Assembly: GCA_021804705.1 (NCBI GenBank)
Contig: JAJZHC010000001.1
Location: 1-31,106, forward strand
Source of the DNA: Pseudomonadota bacterium
GTDB taxonomy: Bacteria; Pseudomonadota; Gammaproteobacteria; Burkholderiales; Ferrovaceae
Direction of reading: 5' to 3'
Length of the DNA stretch: 31,106 nucleotides
Part shown: positions 8,000 through 16,100 of the stretch, one piece after another
Numbering within the stretch: the first letter of the stretch is position 1
How the letters are laid out: every line of letters starts with the position of its first letter
The notes under the pieces: model-generated
Told to the model about the DNA's origin: nothing
Seen by the model: the letters and a program-made list of their open reading frames with translations, nothing else
Database searches by the model: none
Program-made: the position numbers and the translations under genes

Positions 8000-8052
8000 G
8001 TTCTTCTCCAGAAATATGCGGTGCATTGATTGTGGTCTCTGATGCATCCCGT

Positions 8053-10026
8053 TTACGGGGCTGGTACGTTAATAATGGTGTTCACCAGCGTCACTGAAGA
8101 AACCAGACTCAGCACCCTGCCGTTTAATGTTGTCAGTAGGAGTGTATTCGTAGCATTCGCAGGGTTGGAGAACGTGGCGCCAGAGTAGGCAATGATGTTG
8201 CCTACCATGGTCCCACCGCCTGCATAGTTGATTACCGCGGCGCTACCCACTTGCCAATACACATTCTTGGGTTGAGCGGGAGCAATCAGGATGACATTTC
8301 TCGGGGCCGTGTCTCCTACAGTGAGGGAAGATGACGGCATCTTGAATACCCAGACTGCATTAGCATCACCGTGGGGGTCAAGGGTTAGATCTGAACCTGT
8401 GATTCCAAACCCACTACTGGAACTATAAACCCCGGGAGAGATGGTTTGCCCACCCAGGTTGGCAGGAGCCGTTCCAGTGACTGGCATATTTACCAGGGTT
8501 GTGTTCGCTGCCACTGCGTCGAGGCGAGCCTGGGTTGCAACCGCACAATACGAAGCATTGACAGCGGCAGACGTGGGGCCCGTGGTGGATGTCGTACAGG
8601 TATAAATTGTTCCATTCACAGCGCCAATATTGCTTGGGGTTTCCGTATAAATATCTCCTGCCGTATCGTGGAATCCAGTAACCATGGAAGTTCCTGTCGC
8701 GATGGTTCCAATGTCTCCATTGACTACGGTTTTGATTCCCTGATTGGTCATTCCAGATGATCCCCCAAAAGTCCCAAACGTCGAAGCCGTTCCAAGGATC
8801 GAGGGTGCTGGTGGTGCCGTTGCCGTGCAACTTCCTGCCGTAAAATCCCAGGAGTAGTCGTTAGCCATCATGTCTGCAGGAATGGCCAGATCCTTGACGC
8901 CTGTGCCACCACCTTTGATCGTAGCCGTATAGGTGACGCCGGGAGTAAGATTGTTCAGCGTCGTAAAAGTGGCTGTAAGACCTGTGGCTGCATCAAGCAC
9001 CACAGAAGCCGCTGTGACGGGGGTCGAAGCAGGGGCCGGTCCAGTCACCGTAAAGGTCGCAGAGTTGACGGTCAGTGGGTCCATCCGCACGCCGATGGGC
9101 AAGCTGAAGGTTGCATTGATTGTCAAACCCGGGCATAAGCCTGCCGAACCAGAGAAGGGGTAGGTGGATAGCACCGAGATATTGGCTGCCGGTATCGGTG
9201 CCGCCGTGGTATCGAAGGTCCATATGTAATTGCTTGCCGCGGGCAATGCCGCCTGATTACCTGCCAGGGCATTGCCAGCCAGATCCGTGGCGCCGGTGGT
9301 GATGGTGGCGGTATAGGTGGTCCCCGCTACAAGAATGGTTGTAGGTTTAAACACGGCAGTTCTTGAACCTACCACGTAAGACACGGCACCAGCTACAGGC
9401 GCGGTGCCAGGGCCAGTCACAGAAAAGCTCGTTGCGTTGATTGTTAACGGGGCCATATCCTCCGTGAATACGGCAGTGATTGCCGTATTGGTAGGAACAT
9501 CAGTAGTCGGACCCGGTGTCGTCGTGGCAGGATCGGTGAGCGAGACCCTGGGCCGTGTCGTGTCTGGCGCAAGACCTGTCGTAAAATGCCATACGTAAGG
9601 AACAGCCAGCGCCAGACCTGTGGAGATGCTCCGGGCGCCTGTGATCGTTCCAGTATATAGGGTCAGGGGAGCCAGATTCGCTGCCGTGGTGAAGGTGGCA
9701 ATTCGGTTAGTGGCATCCAGGGTCACGGTGCCTGTGGCGTTGGCGCAGGGTGTCGCGCAGGTCACGGTAAAGGTAGCGCCACCGGTCAACGGGGACATGG
9801 GCTCACTAAAAGCAGCGGTAATGATGGTGTTGTTGATGGGCACGCCAGTGGCGTTATTGACTGGGGCGACTGCAGTGACCGTTGGGGGTAGTGCAACAAT
9901 GCTGCCCACGCCCAGAATCGGATCACGCCCACCGCCACCACCTCCGCATCCTGCTGCCAAAGCGCTCAACAGCAATGCCATGGACCATGTCAGGAATCTG
10001 GAATACCCTTTGAGTTCATTTTTCAT
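8053..10026 (-). CDS. Lipoprotein with three bacterial Ig-like (Big_5/SbsA) domains and a C-terminal DUF3494 ice-binding-like domain
   Basis: Lipobox LAAGC followed by a Gly run. Three repeats of the P-x-V...A-x-F-S/T-E-x-M...T-x-Y-T-A-T-I-T...Y-x-W-x-F-T-T type. DUF3494 motifs LGTASTFG, TVVNGDIG, PGVY, LTLDPHGDANAVWVF, KNVYWQVGSAA and GNIIA. Start ATG 10026 with GAGGG RBS. Confidence 0.88.
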   Translation of the reverse strand: MKNELKGYSRFLTWSMALLLSALAAGCGGGGGGRDPILGVGSIVALPPTVTAVAPVNNATGVPINNTIITAAFSEPMSPLTGGATFTVTCATPCANATGTVTLDATNRIATFTTAANLAPLTLYTGTITGARSISTGLALAVPYVWHFTTGLAPDTTRPRVSLTDPATTTPGPTTDVPTNTAITAVFTEDMAPLTINATSFSVTGPGTAPVAGAVSYVVGSRTAVFKPTTILVAGTTYTATITTGATDLAGNALAGNQAALPAASNYIWTFDTTAAPIPAANISVLSTYPFSGSAGLCPGLTINATFSLPIGVRMDPLTVNSATFTVTGPAPASTPVTAASVVLDAATGLTATFTTLNNLTPGVTYTATIKGGGTGVKDLAIPADMMANDYSWDFTAGSCTATAPPAPSILGTASTFGTFGGSSGMTNQGIKTVVNGDIGTIATGTSMVTGFHDTAGDIYTETPSNIGAVNGTIYTCTTSTTGPTSAAVNASYCAVATQARLDAVAANTTLVNMPVTGTAPANLGGQTISPGVYSSSSGFGITGSDLTLDPHGDANAVWVFKMPSSSLTVGDTAPRNVILIAPAQPKNVYWQVGSAAVINYAGGGTMVGNIIAYSGATFSNPANATNTLLLTTLNGRVLSLVSSVTLVNTIINVPAP

Positions 10027-10165
10027 TTTCTTACCCTCTTCATCTGGTCCAGAAAGCCGCTTATGTGGCCGACAGACCTTAGTCGGTGCATACACCCGCC
10101 GTCCAACACAAATGCTGTACACGCAGGTCACGGACACAAGTCTCGCTTATTGAGGCTGGAAGCTC

Positions 10166-10181
10166 TGTACGGTGGCGTACA
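10166..10181. promoter_or_regulatory. Perfect palindromic box TGTACG-GTGG-CGTACA
   Basis: Upstream of the ice-binding gene; GAGACT lies 21 nt downstream on the - strand. Confidence 0.75.
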
Positions 10182-10235
10182 TAGCCTGATGATTTTTGCG
10201 GTAATGAGCGAAAATGAGACGGTTTTGTGGCTGGC

Positions 10236-11009
10236 TTACTTGCCCAGAAACCAGAACATCGAGAGCATGGCGATGTCCATGACGCCCGTGCCTGCCCAGC
10301 CTAATATCCTGATTTTCATGGAAATGGCGAACGGGCCCATGACTTCCCGTCTTGAAGCCAGTAGCATGATGACAACCATGATGGAAACTGAAATCACCCC
10401 GTTGATGACAGCGCTCCAGTAGAGAGCCTTGATCGGGTCAATGGGTGTGAAGCAGAGCAAGACACCCATCAAAGTTGATAAGGCAATGATGCCGTAAAAC
10501 CGCTTTGCCGCTGCAAAGCCTCAATTCCAGGCCATTGCGCCACGCAAATGCCCCCGCCATGCCGATGGAGGTGTCCAGCCTGATACAAGGAATGAAAATC
10601 TGCAGGATAAGAGAAAGGATGCCGAAAAGAATCGCATAAAGGTGTTTGGGACCGCCAACCATCAATTTCATGGCATATCCCATGGCAGCAATATCAGCTG
10701 CAATATTGATGGTGTTAGCAAACAGGAGCAATCCAACAACGCCATGCAGCAGCCAGGCGGGAAATTGCTGGCGAATGTTGGTGGCAAGAACGTGGCCATT
10801 GACGCGACCAATCCGGGCGCTGATGACCTGGATAGCCACCATCAACGGATAGGTTAGCAGTATCGCCCACAACATGCTGAAGCCAAACTGGGCGCCAGCC
10901 TGTGAATAGGTGGCAATGCCGCTGGGGTCGTCGTCAGTGTCCCCGGTGATCAATCCTGGGCCAAGGTTTCTGACCCAGGAGGGCGATGATATTCCTGCTT
11001 TCGCGGCAG
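10236..11009 (-). pseudogene. Nramp/MntH-related divalent metal transporter, decayed
   Basis: GPGLITG..DDDPSGIATYSQAGAQFG N-terminus and PIDPIKALYWSAVING C-terminus are in different frames. Middle segments IRLDTSIGM and AGAFAWRNGLEL are juxtaposed, there is a frameshift near 10515, and no convincing start codon. Confidence 0.85.
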
Positions 11010-11717
11010 TCAGCTCATGATTCTGGTGTAAGTTTCCTTGTCTGCAGCATAGCATTCGCATGCAGCACCTTCCAGGCCATCACCATTGAGAATGGTGATT
11101 TCACCGCGACCGTAACGAATAAATTTTTGATTTTGCAGTGATGTGGCAGCCTTGGTGACGCCAACGCGACGTACGCCCAGCATGTAGGCCATAAATTCAT
11201 GGGTGATGTGAAATTGATTGGAGTGTGCACGATCCCGGGTCATCAGCAGCCAACGCGCAAGTCGTGCTTCCACCCGGTGAAAATGGGTACAAGCTGCGGT
11301 TTGCGAGAGCTGGGCAATAACGACGCCAAGATAGCGTCTTAACTCCAGTTGCAGGGCAGCGCTCCGGTCGATTTCAAGTCGAAATAACGCAGCTTTCATG
11401 CGCAGTGCCACGCCGCCGCCTTGCACCAGGACATGCAACGATGAAACATCAGTGCCCAGCATCAAGGGAACGCCAAACATTCCTTCATCACCGATCAGGC
11501 CCACTTCCAGTCCTGCATGGCCACCAATGGGGGCAATCAGGGAAATGAAACTGTCGGTGGGAAAGTACACATGGTGAATGCGCTCGCCTGGTTCAACCAG
11601 AACTTCAGAAAAATTGAGCTCGACGGACTCGCAACCTGCCATAAACTGCATGCGGTATTTGTGCGGCAAGGCGTCCAGAATATGGTTTGAAAATGTCGCT
11701 GGAATGAGCGCGGACAC
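11010..11717 (-). CDS. Crp/Fnr-family transcriptional regulator (paralog B)
   Basis: cNMP-like beta-roll (VYFPTDSFISL...EVGLIGDEG), RLARWLL, HTH THEFMAYMLGVRRVGVTKAA and C-terminal CECY. GTG start with AAAGGAG. Confidence 0.92.
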   Translation of the reverse strand: MSALIPATFSNHILDALPHKYRMQFMAGCESVELNFSEVLVEPGERIHHVYFPTDSFISLIAPIGGHAGLEVGLIGDEGMFGVPLMLGTDVSSLHVLVQGGGVALRMKAALFRLEIDRSAALQLELRRYLGVVIAQLSQTAACTHFHRVEARLARWLLMTRDRAHSNQFHITHEFMAYMLGVRRVGVTKAATSLQNQKFIRYGRGEITILNGDGLEGAACECYAADKETYTRIMS

Positions 11718-11785
11718 TGGACTCCTTTAAGCGTGGGCACCGGGGGAAAGCTTGTCCCACAGTGGGCCAAAAAAGAGAGGGCGTC

Positions 11786-11801
11786 TGGGCGGTAGCGCAC
11801 A
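11786..11801. promoter_or_regulatory. Palindromic box TGGGCG-GTAG-CGCACA
   Basis: Upstream of Crp paralog B; CACTGT lies 21 nt downstream on the - strand. Confidence 0.7.
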
Positions 11802-11851
11802 GAACGAGGGTGAAATATGTGCCTTGAGCTTGCGCGGAAGAGGGGGAATGA

Positions 11852-12301
11852 TTACTTTGATAGCAGGCGGTCAAACTCCCTATTGACCACCATATAGCAC
11901 TCTCAGACTCGGGCTTCCAGGCGCGGCCGGTCAAGCACCAGGATGTGGCCGCGGCTGTATTTGATCAAGCCTTCTCATTGCAGACGACCTGCAGCTTCGG
12001 TGACATCCTCGCGACGCACCCCCAGCATGTTGGAAATCAGCTCCCGGGTCATGACAATTTCGTTGGAAGTCAGGCGGTCGAGGCTGAGCAGCAGCAGACG
12101 ATGCAGTTCACCGTGGTGGTTGAATTCGTTCAGCAATGTATTCACATGCAGACGGTAGGCATGACCGGCACTTTGCACGATGGCCTGGGTAGGCGTGGTT
12201 TCGCTACCCATGTACCGGGCGACGCTGATAACGCCTTCATAGCCTTCCGCTGGCAGGGCGGCGAGGATGTGATTCTGGCAGGGGTCAGAAACGTTTGGCA
12301 T
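11852..12301 (-). pseudogene. Crp/Fnr-family regulator remnant
   Basis: Collinear with the 12323-13030 paralog but with two in-frame internal deletions and in-frame TGA codons at 11975-11977 and 11903-11905. The frame continues *EGLIKYSRGHILVLDRPRLEARV*ECYMVVNREFDRLLSK to TAA at 11852. Confidence 0.88.
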
Positions 12302-12322
12302 TGAACCCCCTGTTGCTGATAG

Positions 12323-13030
12323 TCAGTCAGGAAGCAGTCGGTCAAATTCCTTTTTGACCACTGCATAGCATTCACAGGCCCGCTTTTCCAAGCCGGCGCG
12401 GTTCAGTATGGTGATGTGGCCCCGGCTGTACTTGATCAAGCCTGCTTTTTGCACGTTTCCTGCGGCCTCGGTGACTCCCTCCCGGCGCACGCCGAGCATG
12501 TCTGCAATCAACTCCTGCGTCATGACCAATTCGTTGGAGTTGAGGCGATCGAAACTCAGCAACAGCCAGCGGCAAAATTGCTGGTCCAATGTGTGGTGTC
12601 GGTTGCATACCGCGGTCTGTGCCATTTGCGTCAGCAGCGCCTGGGTGTAGCGCAACAATAATCGTTGCATGGGACCGGCGCGATAGAACTCGTGTTTCAG
12701 GAGCGGCCCCCTCAACCGGTAGGCGTGCCCGGCGCTTTGCACCACGGCGCGGCTGGGTGTGGACTCGCCGCCCATGAAGAGTGAGACTCCGACAATCCCT
12801 TCGTTGCCCACCACGGCAATTTCTGCCGATGAACCATCTTCCATGACGTAGAGGAGGGAAACGATCGAGTTGATGGGAAAATAAACATAGCTCATCTGAA
12901 TGCCAGATTCGTAAAGCGACTCTCCGAGAGGCAGGGGAATCCGTTCCAGATTGGCGAAGATACGCTCGTAGTCTTCCGACGGCAAAGCGGCTAGGAGGTG
13001 ATTCTCACGGGGATCATGAGCTAGTGGCAT
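12323..13030 (-). CDS. Crp/Fnr-family transcriptional regulator (paralog A)
   Basis: YVYFPINSIVSL, AVVGNEG, CRWLLL, HTH TQELIADMLGVRREGVTEAA and CECY. AGGAGG RBS. Confidence 0.93.
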   Translation of the reverse strand: MPLAHDPRENHLLAALPSEDYERIFANLERIPLPLGESLYESGIQMSYVYFPINSIVSLLYVMEDGSSAEIAVVGNEGIVGVSLFMGGESTPSRAVVQSAGHAYRLRGPLLKHEFYRAGPMQRLLLRYTQALLTQMAQTAVCNRHHTLDQQFCRWLLLSFDRLNSNELVMTQELIADMLGVRREGVTEAAGNVQKAGLIKYSRGHITILNRAGLEKRACECYAVVKKEFDRLLPD

Positions 13031-13079
13031 ACAAAAGCCTCCTGTTGACGGGCCTAGTGTACATTCTTTCCATGGATTG

Positions 13080-13095
13080 TGTGCGGTATCGTACA
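13080..13095. promoter_or_regulatory. Palindromic box TGTGCG-GTAT-CGTACA with -10 TAGGAT (13117-13122)
   Basis: Between the divergent Crp paralog A and glucan synthase genes; the -10 is exactly 21 nt downstream on the + strand. Confidence 0.75.
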
Positions 13096-13178
13096 GAGGC
13101 TGCTACGACCAGAGTATAGGATTATCGGATGCGGGGGAACCCGTTCCCAGGCGACCATTTCCAGTTGAGGATTTCCCT

Positions 13179-16100
13179 TTGTTGATTGTGAGCCGGACCC
13201 GCGAACGGATCACTCAGGCTTTTGCCCGGAACAGCACATTAAGTCGGTGGCCGAGGATATTGCCTGATGAAGAGCCTCCGTTGCGCTCTGTGCTGTTTAG
13301 CGCCGATCAGATGGCACAGCACGGCAAGGTTTTCGCGGCGGCACATCAGCTGGCTGCAGGAACAGCCCCAGATTTGTTGCTGACCCGGTTGGCCGAGAAC
13401 GAAAGCGCTCTGACCCGGATATGTAATTTGCTGACAGAGGCGGTTACTGCAAAGCGCCGCATCACGCCAGCGGGGGAATGGCTGCTCGACAATTTCTATC
13501 TCATAGAAGAACAAATTCGTACGGCCAAAAGACATCTTCCCAAGGGTTACAGTTTTGAACTGCCGCGCGTGGCCTCTAGCCCATCGGCAGGGCGTCCGCG
13601 CGTGTATGACATTGCGCTCGAAGTGATCGCGCACGGTGATGGTCGCGTGGATATGGAAAGCCTCAGCCGCTTCGTGACGGCCTACCAGACCGTGGCAGCC
13701 CTCAAGTTGGGCGAACTATGGGCCATCCCCATCATGCTGCGCCTGGCGCTCATAGAAAATCTCCGTCGGGTCGGCACCCGGATTGCCATAGAGTGGTTTG
13801 AACGGGATCTGGCAGATTCTTGGGCAGACAGGATGACGGAGATTGCGGAGAAGGATCCCAAGAGCCTGATTCTGGTGATCTCGGACATGGCACGCTCAAA
13901 CCCGCCCATGGCAAGTCCCTTCGTCGCGGAGCTCGCGCGTCGCTTGCAGGGACGAGGCCCTGCGCTGGCGCTACCGCTGACCTGGATTGATCAGCGCCTT
14001 GCGGAATCCGGATTGACCATCGAGCGACTGGTTCAGTCAGAAAATCAGCATCAGGCTTCCGACCAGGTTTCCATCAGCAACTGCATCGCCAGTCTTCGGG
14101 TTTTGGGTGCGGTGGATTGGCGTGAGTTTGTGGAGACCATGAGTGTCGTCGAGCAGACACTGCTTGAGGATCCCAGTGGAATCTACGGCAGGATGGATTT
14201 TGTCACTCGTGATCGTTATCGCCACGCAACGGAAGGAATCGCAAAGAAAAGCATCCTGACCGAGCAGGAAGTCGCCAGAAAAGCCGTGGAGTTGGCAGGT
14301 GCTGGTATGGATGATCGTGCGCGACATGTAGGTTACTACCTGATCGGCAAGGAATTGCCCAAGCTTGAGCAGCTTGTGGGTTTTCGCCGCTCCATATTTG
14401 GGGCCGTGCTAAAAGCCGCCGGGCGATTGCCGTTGCTCCCGTATCTGGGTGGAATCGTGTTGATTGCAGCGTTGATTTGCATGGGCATGGTCATGCAGGC
14501 GCGTTCAGAAGGTATTTCAGGTATTGCGTTGTTCGGCGTTGCCATCGTCGTATTGATCGCTGCCAGCCAGTTGTCCGTAGCGTTGGTGAATTGGGTGGCC
14601 ACATTGCTGGTGTCGCCCCATGCATTGCCAAGAATGGACTTCTCCGACGGTATTCCAGATACGGCGCGAACACTGGTGGTGGTGCCGACCATGCTGACCA
14701 ATGCACTGGATATCGAAGCGTTGGTTGAGGCGCTGGAAGTCCGGTTTCTGGCAAACCAGGATAAATGCCTGCACTTTGGATTGTTGACAGATTTTTGCGA
14801 TGCACTTCAGGAGTCACTCCCGGAAGATGGCGCGCTGGTCCAGCTGGCGCATGCCAGAATTGACGAATTGAACGAGAAGTATAGGGCTGGCGAGAAGGGG
14901 GCTCAGGGGGATTTCTTCTACCTGTTTCATCGTCCCAGGCGATGGAATCCGCAGGAACGGGTGTGGATGGGTTACGAGCGCAAGCGCGGCAAGTTGTTGG
15001 ATTTGAACGCGTTGCTTCGCAGAAGCGATCAAGATCTTTCCGCGAGTAACTTCTCGTCCATTGTGGGTGATACCGCAATGCTGTCCAGCGTGAAATATGT
15101 CATCACACTCGACACGGATACACAACTGCCACGCGATGCAGCGCGTCAGTTTGTCGGAGCGATGGCGCACCCGCTCAATCGCGCACGCTACGACGAAGAA
15201 AAGAAACGCATCACGGAAGGCTATGGAATCCTGCAACCGCGTGTGGCCATCAGCCTTCCGGGAGCGAGTCGGTCCCGCTACGCAAGGTTGTACGGAGGGG
15301 AGCCTGGCATTGATCCCTATACGCGTGTCGTCTCGGATGTATACCAGGACGTATTTGACGAGGGTTCGTTTGTTGGCAAGGGAGTTTACGATGTTGATGC
15401 CTTCGAGCTGGCGCTCAATGGGCGCCTCCAGGAAAATTGCATCCTCAGCCATGATCTGCTCGAGGGATGTTACGCCCGCTCAGGGCTGTTGAGCGACGTG
15501 TATTTATATGAAGACTACCCGGTTTGCTACAGCGTCGATGTGAGCCGGCGTTATCGGTGGATACGCGGCGATTGGCAGCTGGTGGGATGGTTGCTGTCAC
15601 GCGTCCCGGGTGGCGACACCAACCCGCTTTCGCTACTGTCGCAATGGAAGCTGATTGATAACATGCGGCGCAGCCTCGTGCCAGCGGCGCTGACGTTGAT
15701 GTTTATATTGGGATGGTCGGTCCTCTCGCCGCCAGGGCTATGGATCGGGTTGGCGATCGGCATCATGCTTGTTCCCGCCTTATGCGTTTCTTTCCTGGAT
15801 TTGTTTCGCAAACCGGAGGAGGTATTGCTCAGGCAGCATCTTCTGGCCGTGTTGCGTTCGGCCTCCAGGCGCCTCACACAAGCGGTTTTCGAAATCTCCT
15901 GCCTTCCATTTGAAGCCTATTTCAGTCTGGGAGCCATTACGCAAACGGTATGGCGGATGGTGGTGACCCACAGGCGATTGCTGGAATGGAATCCTTCTGC
16001 AGCTGCCGAGCACGGCCTAACCAGCAAGGGAGGCAACGAACTCGTGGTCAGTTTACGGGCCATGTGGGTTGCTCCTGCGGTCGCCATTGCGTTGACGTTT

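Noticed and set aside
5984-8015. Identical ATTTCTGGAGAAG before the His-rich gene (+) and the OmpA gene (-)
   Set aside because: The core is the Shine-Dalgarno sequence, so convergence on RBS context explains it.
10027-10135. Long 5' leader of the ice-binding gene with a CCGAC/GTCGG hairpin, considered as a c-di-GMP or other riboswitch
   Set aside because: I could not find the conserved c-di-GMP-I elements (GxAAA loop/receptor, GCAAA), only one short stem. An Infernal/Rfam scan would settle it.
11903-11905. In-frame TGA exactly at the first Cys of the conserved CECY motif, suggesting selenocysteine
   Set aside because: The same gene has an earlier TGA at a non-Cys position and two large deletions; a single TGY-to-TGA nonsense change in a pseudogene is simpler.
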